Part shown: positions 49,705 to 59,001 of the stretch, piece after piece
How positions within the stretch are numbered: the stretch's first letter is position 1
How the letters are laid out: every line of letters begins with the position of its first letter
DNA from: Bacteriovoracaceae bacterium UBA6261
GTDB taxonomy: Bacteria > Bdellovibrionota > Bacteriovoracia > Bacteriovoracales > Bacteriovoracaceae
Reading direction: 5' to 3'
NCBI GenBank assembly: GCA_002440825.1
Contig: DJVH01000095.1
Span: 49,954 to 113,953 of the forward strand
DNA: 64,000 nt
Made by a program: the position numbers and the translations under genes
Notes under the pieces: generated by a model
The model's input: only the letters and a program-made list of their open reading frames with translations
Database searches by the model: none
Told to the model about the DNA's origin: nothing

Positions 49705-49749
49705 GACTAAATTTTAGACGGCCGGAATGAGGCCGTCTAAATCTTAAAC
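49705..49749. promoter_or_regulatory. two candidate enhancer boxes / inverted repeat
   Basis: GACTAAATTTTAGAC and GTCTAAATCTTAAAC; together they also form the hairpin TTTAGACGGCC-N7-GGCCGTCTAAA. Confidence 0.4.
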
Positions 49750-49763
49750 AGGTTGGAAAAATT

Positions 49764-50855
49764 CTAGAAAATATTATCAATATTGAGATTCACGAAATAC
49801 GTTTTGTCTGCGCTTTGGAATGGATTGGTCTGAATCAGTTTTGAGTCAGCATAAACAAAACTTACTCTGTAGCGGTTGCTGTCGTAAGCAATCCCATAGC
49901 GATAACCATCTCTGTTCGTTCTTCCATAAGTTGTATCTGAATAAGCTGCCACCATGGCGTCGGCTTCAACATGGTAATGTTCAACAATTGGACGAAGAAT
50001 GTTTTTAGAAGCGAGAACAAGCCCCGGGCTCAAGGAGAAAAAATAGCCTTGATTTTGTTTCTTGGGAGCAGAATCGTTCTTGATGAAGCTGGCAAGAAAA
50101 CCAAAAACGGCAGTTTCTCCCTTGTATTCAGAACCGAGAGTGATTTCATTTCCTTCATATTTATAGACAAAAACTTTTGAACCTGCGGTCGGGCTGGCAA
50201 CAGTGTTTCCTCTATTGATCGACTCGGTAGCCGCTGAGGAAGATAGTTTATCAAAACCAAAATGCGATATACTTAGAGATGTTGAAAATGTGCTCGTCCA
50301 GTTTGATTTAAAAAAAGCCGTTCCAGAATAAAGAGAAGCACTGGATTCCAATTCGGAAGATGTTGTCGCCAATCCTGAACTCGCCGGCACTGCTCCCTGC
50401 GCACGAATTTCAAAAAGATGATTTTGAAATCTGAAAGGAAGCAGAAATCCAATTCCCGGAAAAGCTTTCGTATAACCTGCTATTGCGGGAAGAAATTCTT
50501 TTTGATAAAGCACCCCCGCCTTAAGGGAAAGGTCGTACCCCAATTTTTTTTCCACAGAAGCTTCTTTTAAATAAATTGAATTCGTCAGTGGACTGAGAGG
50601 ATCTCGCGACGTTTGCTGCCCGCTGATAAAGCTTGCGACCGGAGTCAGGCGCAACTGGAGATCTGCATCTACGCCGTAAAGAAAATCTCCTTCAATGAAG
50701 GTCGCCGCTCCTCTTGAAAGAAGCGTTTCCTCTTTAATATTAAATCCCGAAATCCCCAGATTGATCTGGTGTTTTGAAAAACCTTTAGGGAAAATGTCTT
50801 CTGCATGCAAAGGGGATGCGAAAAGAAGAAAAAAGATCGCAGTAAATTTATTCAT
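49764..50855 (-). CDS. putative outer-membrane beta-barrel (porin-like)
   Basis: signal peptide ending LHA, amphipathic beta strands, Y/F/G/S/T-rich, YG.TNR.G motif, C-terminal Phe. Confidence 0.7.
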   Translation of the reverse strand: MNKFTAIFFLLFASPLHAEDIFPKGFSKHQINLGISGFNIKEETLLSRGAATFIEGDFLYGVDADLQLRLTPVASFISGQQTSRDPLSPLTNSIYLKEASVEKKLGYDLSLKAGVLYQKEFLPAIAGYTKAFPGIGFLLPFRFQNHLFEIRAQGAVPASSGLATTSSELESSASLYSGTAFFKSNWTSTFSTSLSISHFGFDKLSSSAATESINRGNTVASPTAGSKVFVYKYEGNEITLGSEYKGETAVFGFLASFIKNDSAPKKQNQGYFFSLSPGLVLASKNILRPIVEHYHVEADAMVAAYSDTTYGRTNRDGYRYGIAYDSNRYRVSFVYADSKLIQTNPFQSADKTYFVNLNIDNIF

Positions 50856-50884
50856 TGTATTTCTCACGCTGGAATTAATGCATT

Positions 50885-51535
50885 TTATTCTACGTTAGCT
50901 GAATGCATTTGTTCAATCTCTTTGCACGTAAGGATTGAGCGTGAAGCAGATCCGTTTAGGAGATAAAGCCTGCGCATTTTCTGAGGAATACTTTTATAGG
51001 AACAGGTATCAATTTCCCAATTTTTGATCGTGGATATCAAGCTGGCACCTTTGATTTTATCAGCTTTAATTTCCCAGGCATCCATCATCAATTTGTTTCC
51101 ATTAATAGACGATTGAAGATAGAGTTCCATATTTTTCTTTACAGCGGCAGGGAGCTCCCCTGGAATGACAATGGCCTTTAACTCCTTTAGCCCTGTCTTG
51201 CAGGTATTTTGAATCTCCACGGGATTTCCGGTTCGAGTGGCATCTCCACAAGTCACGATGGCCCTGCAAACCCTGTAATCAAATTCCAAAAACAACTTTT
51301 TTTGTTCTTCGAAATTCAATGTGCTTTTGCTAAGAACTTCGCGCTTAAGCTCTGGCGCCATCCATTCTTTCCACCGTCCGCGCCATTTCCCCAGTGACAA
51401 GGACATTATTGCCAAAGGAACAATGACGAAACTGGCCTTAATTCGGATGAGTTGACGATGAAACTGTCTTTTGAACTGTTTGTTAAATTCGCTTTCCATG
51501 GATTTTCTAAGTATAACATGATATATTTGACGCAC
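50885..51535 (-). CDS. hypothetical protein with one N-proximal TM segment
   Basis: 216-aa ORF, hydrophobic FVIVPLAIMSLSLG, several Cys; start may be 51499. Confidence 0.6.
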   Translation of the reverse strand: MRQIYHVILRKSMESEFNKQFKRQFHRQLIRIKASFVIVPLAIMSLSLGKWRGRWKEWMAPELKREVLSKSTLNFEEQKKLFLEFDYRVCRAIVTCGDATRTGNPVEIQNTCKTGLKELKAIVIPGELPAAVKKNMELYLQSSINGNKLMMDAWEIKADKIKGASLISTIKNWEIDTCSYKSIPQKMRRLYLLNGSASRSILTCKEIEQMHSANVE

Positions 51536-51557
51536 AATTTTTAAGATGAGGTACCCA

Positions 51558-52169
51558 ATGTCTAAAAAGAATTTTATGGTTAGCCGTCCTCACCCATGGC
51601 ACGGAATCAACGTAGGCGCTGAAGCTCCTAAGGTAGTCAAAGCATATATCGAAATTATCGCGAATGACGTGATTAAATATGAAATCGATAAAGAAACAGG
51701 ATTTGTGATGGTTGATAGACCACAAAAATTCTCTTCTCTGCCACCGGTTCTTTACGGACTTATTCCACAAACATACTCAGCAGAAAAAACAGCTGCATTC
51801 TCAAAGATGGCGACTAATGGCGACGGTGATCCGCATGATATTTGCGTTCTTTCAGAACTTCCTATTCACCGTGCAGATATCATCATGGACGTAAGAGTTA
51901 TCGGCGGTATCCGCTTGATCGATTCTGGTGAAGTTGATGATAAAATCATTGCTGTTCTTAACGGCGATCCATTCTACAAAGGTGTAAATGATATTTCTCA
52001 AATTTCACCAGTGATTATTGATCGTATGAGACATTATTTCCTTTCATACAAAACAATTCCAGGTGAACCTATTAAAATGCAGATTGAAACTGTCTACGGT
52101 GCTGAAGAGGCCTACAAAGTTGTCCAAGCTGGTATCGAAGATTACAACAACCATTTCAAAAACGCTTAA
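51558..52169 (+). CDS. ppa: family I inorganic pyrophosphatase
   Basis: HPWHG, KYEIDK, YGLIPQT, DGDPHDI, DSGEVDDKI. Confidence 0.95.
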   Translation: MSKKNFMVSRPHPWHGINVGAEAPKVVKAYIEIIANDVIKYEIDKETGFVMVDRPQKFSSLPPVLYGLIPQTYSAEKTAAFSKMATNGDGDPHDICVLSELPIHRADIIMDVRVIGGIRLIDSGEVDDKIIAVLNGDPFYKGVNDISQISPVIIDRMRHYFLSYKTIPGEPIKMQIETVYGAEEAYKVVQAGIEDYNNHFKNA

Positions 52170-52176
52170 TTAATAA

Positions 52177-52218
52177 GTGGAAGCTTTGGAGAAATACTCT
52201 TCAAGGCTTCCACGCTTT
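52177..52218. terminator. long hairpin between convergent genes
   Basis: GTGGAAGCTTTGGAGA..TCTTCAAGGCTTCCAC. Confidence 0.5.
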
Positions 52219-52262
52219 CAAACCATAGTTGCTTTTGGCCCGATCACGAAATACCTTTTAAA

Positions 52263-53072
52263 TTACCATCGAAATTGCAGGCGAATAAAAAAAGTACCCA
52301 CTCCTCCCCCAAGGGCGGTCGCTTCGGCATCGCGAATATCTACTGTATGGGCTTCCGTATGGCGGGCATCGTAGGCATACTCTTTTAATAAGGCCACGGC
52401 TACAGCAGTTGCAAACCCTATCAGCGCTGCTTGATTTTTACTGACCTTTAATCCGTAATAAGAAAATAAAGTAGCTGCAGCTGCAATTAAACTCCCCGCC
52501 GTTGCATGCAGAAACTTATCCTGTTCTCCGGCATAGATTTGTTTTGCAAGCAGTCCCGATACCAGAGTTGAGGCGGCCACGGCTACGGCAACTTCCGCAG
52601 CATCTTTCATTGTCAGCTTATGAGGATCAATGGACTCTGCTTTTGCCTGAGACCGGAGCTCGTTAATCTGCAGGTCTTTGAGTTTGTCTTCTCTGTCAGT
52701 CGTGACAACAAACTGAACAGTTCCTGTTTCATCGTTTTCCAGAGCTCGTTCACATTCAAATGAACTGATCTTATAAAGTCCCTGATAACTGACTGTGAGT
52801 TTTTTATTCATATCTCTTGTAAGAGATCTTGGAGCACAAGCTTCTTCAAAGAGCTCGTGAGCCTCTTCGGTCGAGCGAGGAAGAGCTTCTGACGTCGAAA
52901 TCAAATTTCCTTCAGTCACTCGGAGAATATGGGATATCTTGAACATTTGATCATTGTATTCGAAATTAAAATCCCTTGCTTCAATGATTCGCTCTCCTGT
53001 ATCGGCAAAGCTAAGAGCAAGTGGATTTAAAATCATGATTGTGGCGATAAAAAGTGACAATGTTTTTTTCAT
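52263..53072 (-). CDS. secreted protein with C-terminal YfiM/DUF2279-like hydrophobic domain
   Basis: signal peptide; DKFLH...LLKEYAYD...D...T.LG pattern; ends FIRLQFRW. Confidence 0.65.
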   Translation of the reverse strand: MKKTLSLFIATIMILNPLALSFADTGERIIEARDFNFEYNDQMFKISHILRVTEGNLISTSEALPRSTEEAHELFEEACAPRSLTRDMNKKLTVSYQGLYKISSFECERALENDETGTVQFVVTTDREDKLKDLQINELRSQAKAESIDPHKLTMKDAAEVAVAVAASTLVSGLLAKQIYAGEQDKFLHATAGSLIAAAATLFSYYGLKVSKNQAALIGFATAVAVALLKEYAYDARHTEAHTVDIRDAEATALGGGVGTFFIRLQFRW

Positions 53073-53176
53073 GAGGCCCTCTTTGTATTGGAGTTCAGAA
53101 GAAGGCGGGATTTTGCATTGAAAAAAATTAAATGAATAAGATAAAAATGCTATGTTCTTCCATAGAAAAAACGAAT

Positions 53177-53212
53177 AAAAAAAAGGGCCATTTGCATGGC
53201 CCTTTCTTATTT
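53177..53212 (-). terminator. intrinsic terminator of the protease gene
   Basis: AAAGGGCCAT-TTGC-ATGGCCCTTT with A-run on the left (U-tract on minus strand). Confidence 0.85.
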
Positions 53213-53228
53213 CAACTTTTTATCAGAA

Positions 53229-56200
53229 TTACTTCTGGAATTTCTCAACAAGAATTTGCGATTGCTTATCCTTTGTTTGAGTGTTCACTGCTGTTGCATT
53301 GTTCGGGTAAAGAACAAGCAATCTTGAAGATCCAGCTCCGCGCTTAAGCGCAAGAGTTTCCTGGTCATTCGCCTTAACCGTGACAGCTTCAGGCATATCG
53401 TAGAAAGCAAAAGCATTTTCAGCAATATTGATTTTTTGCCATTTCTCGCCATGGTTAGCAAGGAAGTCATCATCTGCGTCCGCTTCAAGGTTTGTCACCG
53501 CAAGCTTAATTCCGATGTTTCCTTTTTTATCAGTAGCAATTTTTGTGATGTCTGTTTCAATCACTGCGACATCAGAGTGATCGTAAAACTTCATTTCACC
53601 TGCATCAAGAAGAGCTTCTTTGTAGTCTTCTTTGGTGGTTGGATCAAGTTCGAAATTCTTTCTTAGTTCGCGGGCCATATTTGCATCAAGAAGGATTGAA
53701 GCGAAAACATCTGCTGTAATACCAGAGATGTAGTTTGCTTTAATTCCAAGAAGCTCAAGGTCAGCAACACCATCAGCATCAGAGTCGATCTGAAGAGAAA
53801 TGTCACACGGCTGCCACATAGTTAACGAATCAAAAAGTTTCACGCCTACCTGAAGAACTTTTTTCATTGCGCCTTCCACTTCCTTATCCACAATGCGGAT
53901 ACCGGCTGCTTCAAGGTCACATGTGTTTCCTTTAGAAAGATTCATTGGTGGAGCAATGACTTTTCTTTCGTCTGTACCAAGAAGGTTGAACACAAGAGCG
54001 TCTCCATCATTAGCACCTTTATTTGTCAGCTTCAGGTTGACCTGAGCGCCAAGTTTATCCACTTCAGAATTTGTCATAGTGACAAAATCACTCGCTATGA
54101 TGTCCGTAACTTTGTTAACAACAGCAAGGAACGGAAGATTTATGTTTTCAGCACCGTCTTGTGATCTCATGATAACGAAACCGTCAGTTTCAATGCTCGA
54201 TTTTTCTTCAGTTGCTCTTAGAAGAGTGAAGCTTACAGTGATTTTTACAGAGCTGTTTGCTTTTACTTTAAATGAACCAGGAAGGCTCACTTTAACATTT
54301 TTACCTGCAAGTGATCTTGTTGTGAAAATCATATCTTTGTCAGAAGTGTTTTTCACTGTCACTGTTTTCGCTACAGTTTTGTTGTTTGAAACAGAAACTT
54401 CACCAAGAGAAAGAGTCGCAGGCATTGCAAGCGCTTTCGATTTGAAAGCTTGCTCAACCTGAACGCGACCAGCACCTTGAAGTGAAACTGGAACGTGAAC
54501 ATTTCCTTTCATCATAATTTTAGAGCTGTTTAAAACTTTCGCTTTAAGTTCAGCCACTGACAGAGTCGGGAAAGCTTGTCTTAGAAGAGTCATAACACCG
54601 GCAATGTGTGGACCAGACATTGATGTTCCTGAGAATTGAACACTCTCAGAACCAGAACCCATTGCAGCTGAAATGACGTTCGCTCCTGGTCCAGCAATCT
54701 CTGGTTTAATCAGAGAGTCGATTGAACGCGGACCACGTGAAGAGAAGTCTGTAATTGTATCAATTAAATCATCACGAGTAATAATTTTGCCTGGAGAGAA
54801 ATTGAATTCTACTGCTGTTCCAGCTTTAAGAGCTTCTTTGATCTCGAGACCAACAGCTTTGTTGACCATGATCGCAGGAATATCAAAATGCTTGTCACCA
54901 CCCATCTGGATCGGATTTCCCTCCTGATTATTGGCAACGACAACACCTGTTGCACCAAGTTTTACTGCAACAGCTAGTTTATCTACGAAAGAAATAGCAC
55001 CGCGATCGATAAGAGCAATGTGCCCTTTAACTGCAACCTGAATATCTTCAGCGATAGGATCAGCTCCGTTTCCGATATAAACCAGAGACCCGCTTACTTT
55101 ACTTTCAGCAGCTGGAGTACCGATTGTCCCTTCGATGGATTCAAGAAGTTGTTCTTTTCCTGCCATTTTCAATTCCACAGCAGGGATAGCGATGTTTTGC
55201 GGCATATCGTCGATACCTGCTGCAACAGAGATGGCATCATCAGCAGTTGAAGGTGCACCAACGATGTATGGATTATCTCCAGAGTTACCAGCTGAAGCGA
55301 CAACAACAGTACCTGCTCTGGTCAGGTTTTTTACAGCTTCAGTGTAAAGAATTTTAGGTTTACCGTAACCGCCGCCAAGGGAGAGGTTAACGACATCAAG
55401 ACGATCCTGTGGATCTAAATTCTCGCTTGGGTCAGCTGCAAATTCCAGCGCCTGAATAACTGCGATATCAGAAGTCGAACCTTCTTTACCGAAAACTTTT
55501 AAGGCGTAAAGTTTTGCATCAGGAGCAACACCTGAATAGGATTTTTTGCCGTCGCCGATACCAGAAACAGTTCCTGCTACGTGAGAGCCGTGTCCACCTT
55601 CATCAAGAGGGTTGGCATCTCTTTTAGGAATTGTTTTTTCAATATCAGATGAACCTGAAGAGTATTCAGTTCCTACGAAGTCTACGCCGCCAACAACTTT
55701 ATCATTAGGGAAAAGTTCCTTTGGTGCGTCTGCTGTTGGATCAACAGATTCGTAAACTTCTTTTTTGCCGGAACCACCGAGCATTAAGTGAGTGTAATCG
55801 ATACCTGTATCGATAATCCCGACTCTCATGCCTTGTCCGGAAATACCTGCTTTGTGAACTTTATCTGCGCCAATAAATGTCACTGTGTTGTGAGCATTTA
55901 AATCGGTGTTCGCCAGAACTCCGCCAAGCTCAGAAAGTTTTTTCTCAACAGAAGAAACTTTAGGTCTGTCGAAATTTGTATTTTCAATCACGCGGCTTAC
56001 GCCTTCGATTTTTGAAATTTGATCTGCAAGCTCAGAAGGAGCAACAAAAGCAACAGCGTTCAATACGAGTTTGTATGAAGCAATGACTCTGATGTCCGGA
56101 GATAAAGCCTGAAGTCTTGAGATCACATCTTCTTGTTCAAGAAGAACTGCCTTCTTCATTTCTTCATCAATAACAGCTTTACCGTTTTCCATCTTTGCAT

Positions 56201-56372
56201 TGGCAAGGAGGGCCGGAAGTTGAAGCTGAACCAATCCTACATAGGTTGTAGGTGTCTGCTGGCGCATGCTGAAGTAATCGCTAAGAATGAATCCTGTTTT
56301 ACCTGATTGATTCTTAGGTGCACACGAAACGGCGAGTGCCAACGTAAGTGCTAAAACTGAGATATTTTTCAT
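53229..56372 (-). CDS. S8 subtilase lipoprotein with I9 propeptide and PA domain (Vpr-like)
   Basis: lipobox AVSC; IIDTGID, HGSHVAG, SAGNSG, GTSMSGPH; PA insert RGAISFVDK. Confidence 0.93.
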   Translation of the reverse strand: MKNISVLALTLALAVSCAPKNQSGKTGFILSDYFSMRQQTPTTYVGLVQLQLPALLANAKMENGKAVIDEEMKKAVLLEQEDVISRLQALSPDIRVIASYKLVLNAVAFVAPSELADQISKIEGVSRVIENTNFDRPKVSSVEKKLSELGGVLANTDLNAHNTVTFIGADKVHKAGISGQGMRVGIIDTGIDYTHLMLGGSGKKEVYESVDPTADAPKELFPNDKVVGGVDFVGTEYSSGSSDIEKTIPKRDANPLDEGGHGSHVAGTVSGIGDGKKSYSGVAPDAKLYALKVFGKEGSTSDIAVIQALEFAADPSENLDPQDRLDVVNLSLGGGYGKPKILYTEAVKNLTRAGTVVVASAGNSGDNPYIVGAPSTADDAISVAAGIDDMPQNIAIPAVELKMAGKEQLLESIEGTIGTPAAESKVSGSLVYIGNGADPIAEDIQVAVKGHIALIDRGAISFVDKLAVAVKLGATGVVVANNQEGNPIQMGGDKHFDIPAIMVNKAVGLEIKEALKAGTAVEFNFSPGKIITRDDLIDTITDFSSRGPRSIDSLIKPEIAGPGANVISAAMGSGSESVQFSGTSMSGPHIAGVMTLLRQAFPTLSVAELKAKVLNSSKIMMKGNVHVPVSLQGAGRVQVEQAFKSKALAMPATLSLGEVSVSNNKTVAKTVTVKNTSDKDMIFTTRSLAGKNVKVSLPGSFKVKANSSVKITVSFTLLRATEEKSSIETDGFVIMRSQDGAENINLPFLAVVNKVTDIIASDFVTMTNSEVDKLGAQVNLKLTNKGANDGDALVFNLLGTDERKVIAPPMNLSKGNTCDLEAAGIRIVDKEVEGAMKKVLQVGVKLFDSLTMWQPCDISLQIDSDADGVADLELLGIKANYISGITADVFASILLDANMARELRKNFELDPTTKEDYKEALLDAGEMKFYDHSDVAVIETDITKIATDKKGNIGIKLAVTNLEADADDDFLANHGEKWQKINIAENAFAFYDMPEAVTVKANDQETLALKRGAGSSRLLVLYPNNATAVNTQTKDKQSQILVEKFQK

Positions 56373-56415
56373 TGAAAGTCCCCTATTCTCTATTGAGATT
56401 CAATATCGACGGGTG

Positions 56416-56443
56416 ACTATAACAGGGAAAAATATTGAGTCAA
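56416..56443 (-). promoter_or_regulatory. putative sigma70 promoter of the protease
   Basis: minus strand TTGACT-N16-TATAGT with TG extension. Confidence 0.5.
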
Positions 56444-57711
56444 AGATTTGCGTGATCTTTATCTAAAAAGTTTAAGTTTTTAAGTTTTGGCGCCTTCAAG
56501 GCTGTAAAAAGAACCACGATGAGTGTCATAGTGCCACCAAAAACGACGGAAGGAACGACTCCCATAAGCTTCGCAGCAAGACCAGATTCAAAAGCGCCGA
56601 TCTCATTGCTTGAACCAATAAAGATGGAATTCACCGAATACACTTTGCCTTTCATGTCAGGAGGAACCAGCGACTGCATAATTGTTCCTCTGACGACCAC
56701 AGAGATGTTATCGAAAGCACCTGAAAGTGCGAGAATAAAAAGAGAAAGATAATAATTTTTGGAAATGCCGAAGATGATCATGCAGATCCCGAAACCGAAA
56801 ACAGCTGCAAGAAGCTTTTTTCCCGTGTCTTTCACCGGCGGCCAGTGAACCACAATAGCGGCCATGATGAAAGATCCAAGACTTGGAGCCGCTTTCAAAA
56901 ATCCCAAACCTTGAGGTCCTACTTTTAAAATATCATTGGCGTAAATCGGAAGGAGCGCGACAGCTCCGCCGAATAAAACGGCGAAAAGATCGAGTGAAAT
57001 AGCTCCAAGAAAAATCTGACTACTGAAAACGAACTTCACTCCTGATTTAATCGACTCCAGCATCGGCGCCTTTTCATCACCTTTCATCAAGTGAGGCTTG
57101 GGAGAAATAAAATAAAAAGCTGCCATTGCAAGGGCCATAAAAACAGTGATGACAAGATAAGTGTGATACGAAATAGCACTGAAAAGAAAACCACTTCCTC
57201 CAGCTCCAAGCATGAAAGCGATCTGCCAGAGGGTCGAATGCCACGAGGTTGAGTTCACATAATGTTCCTTAGGCACACACTCTGTCAGGATAGAAAACAT
57301 CGAAGGCGAAACAATTCCTCGTGCAAAACCACTGACTGCAATGATGCAGTAAAGAAAGAAGACTTGTTTCTGGATGTTAATAAATGCCGAAGTATAAAAA
57401 AGCCCGAGGCTGCACAGGAAGAGAACCATCAAACAAGAAAAGACGATTTTCTTACGATCGTATAAGTCTGCGAAATGGCCCGCAAATAAAGTTACTGAAA
57501 AATTGGGAATGATCTCAACCAGCCCGATGAGCCCCAGGGAAAGCGGGTCATGAGTTATCGAATAGATATGCCACCCGACAATGACTGACTGAAATTGGAG
57601 TGCCATCGTCATCAAAATTTTAACTGTGACAAAGAAGCGGAAATCAGGAAACCTGAGGGCAATATAGGGGTCTAATTTTGGGTGCTTAGCTAAAATTGGA
57701 TCTGTTTTCAT
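56440..57711 (-). CDS. MFS transporter (EntS/DHA3-like)
   Basis: GHFADLYDRK, LDLFAVLFGGAVALLP, IGSSNEIGAFESG; about 12 TM. Confidence 0.92.
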   Translation of the reverse strand: MKTDPILAKHPKLDPYIALRFPDFRFFVTVKILMTMALQFQSVIVGWHIYSITHDPLSLGLIGLVEIIPNFSVTLFAGHFADLYDRKKIVFSCLMVLFLCSLGLFYTSAFINIQKQVFFLYCIIAVSGFARGIVSPSMFSILTECVPKEHYVNSTSWHSTLWQIAFMLGAGGSGFLFSAISYHTYLVITVFMALAMAAFYFISPKPHLMKGDEKAPMLESIKSGVKFVFSSQIFLGAISLDLFAVLFGGAVALLPIYANDILKVGPQGLGFLKAAPSLGSFIMAAIVVHWPPVKDTGKKLLAAVFGFGICMIIFGISKNYYLSLFILALSGAFDNISVVVRGTIMQSLVPPDMKGKVYSVNSIFIGSSNEIGAFESGLAAKLMGVVPSVVFGGTMTLIVVLFTALKAPKLKNLNFLDKDHANL

Positions 57712-57806
57712 AGGCCATATTGTAGCGGTCTATCGAGGCATTGACCATATCGATCGTGAACTATGTTAAGATACACTTATTAGAGTAAAAAGCTTGAGTT
57801 TAATAT

Positions 57807-57833
57807 TAATTAGGCTCACGAAAATGCCGATAA
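57807..57833 (+). promoter_or_regulatory. sigma28-type promoter
   Basis: TAAT-N15-GCCGATAA (perfect -10), 6 nt before ATG 57840. Confidence 0.7.
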
Positions 57834-57839
57834 AAAGCT

Positions 57840-58988
57840 ATGACCAAAATGGGTAACAACTTTTTCTCAGTCTCCTTCGACTTGATTGTCGTGAATCGCA
57901 CTATCCCGTACGATCTTTACGTCAACTCGTCTGCTAATGAGAGCAAAGAAAAATATGTTCGCATTTATCCAAAGAATGAAACTCTCACACTAGAAGATCT
58001 CAAGCTTTTTAAGAAAAAATATTTTCAACTCTATGTGCACGAATTGCAGCGTGAAGAATATTTAAAAAGTCTTATTCACTGTCATACGGTTTCAGATGAA
58101 CAAAAAACAGAGATCATCAAAGACTCTGCCATTCACTATCTCGATAAACTGTTTGAGCCAGATAAAGAATTTACGACTGAAATTCTTTCTGAAACGATCC
58201 TGGGCTGTAAAACAACTGTGGAATCGATGGTCGATGTCATTAAAGACTACGACGTTTCCAAACTGCAAAGTCTGATTGCTAGTTTATCGTTTCACGATTT
58301 TTATACTTATGATCATTCAATCAATGTATCGATGTATTGTATTGCTCTCTATACTGCTCTCAAGCCGAATGCTCCCAAAGAAGAAGTTATCATGGCCGGA
58401 CTCGGCGGACTTCTTCATGACATCGGTAAAATTAAAATTCCCACTGACATCATTAATAATCCTGATAAACTCACGGAAGAAGAATTTGATGTCATAAAAA
58501 AACATCCCGACTATGGCTTTCATCTTCTGGATGAAAACAGCTGCGATTGTGAAGGCGTTGATTTTGATATTATCAAACGCATTGTTCACGAACATCATGA
58601 GAATTTCAATGGCACTGGTTATCCCCAAAAACTTTCCGGGATAGACATTCACTTATTGGCAAGAATCACGGCGATTGCCGATTTCTTTGATGCTTTAACA
58701 ACGAAACGTTCTTATCATGAAGTTCTTCCGACAGAAGATGCGATTGCAGTCATGGCCAAAAGCGTGGGACGAAAACTCGACCCTGAATTGTTCACACTCT
58801 TTACGACGAGTGTGAAACAGCTTGTTCTCAATGGAAAAATCAATCGCGAATTGCCTGAAGACTTCGATCCATGTCAACCGCAAAACGTTCTTCCTTTCCG
58901 GGCTCCCAAGCCGTCCTATAAGATTGAAGGCTTCGCCGATAAAGAGAAGCCCGTTGGTTTCGGTAAAATTAAAAAGAAAGTTGGTTAG
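57840..58988 (+). CDS. HD-GYP cyclic dinucleotide phosphodiesterase
   Basis: YTYDHS, LHDIGK, KKHP, HHENFNGTGYP, ADFFDALTTKRSY. Confidence 0.92.
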   Translation: MTKMGNNFFSVSFDLIVVNRTIPYDLYVNSSANESKEKYVRIYPKNETLTLEDLKLFKKKYFQLYVHELQREEYLKSLIHCHTVSDEQKTEIIKDSAIHYLDKLFEPDKEFTTEILSETILGCKTTVESMVDVIKDYDVSKLQSLIASLSFHDFYTYDHSINVSMYCIALYTALKPNAPKEEVIMAGLGGLLHDIGKIKIPTDIINNPDKLTEEEFDVIKKHPDYGFHLLDENSCDCEGVDFDIIKRIVHEHHENFNGTGYPQKLSGIDIHLLARITAIADFFDALTTKRSYHEVLPTEDAIAVMAKSVGRKLDPELFTLFTTSVKQLVLNGKINRELPEDFDPCQPQNVLPFRAPKPSYKIEGFADKEKPVGFGKIKKKVG

Positions 58989-59001
58989 TCCAAAGGCTGC
59001 T

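Noticed and set aside
51820-51842. DGDPHD instead of DGDPLD in ppa
   Set aside because: Catalytic aspartates are intact; a single variable position
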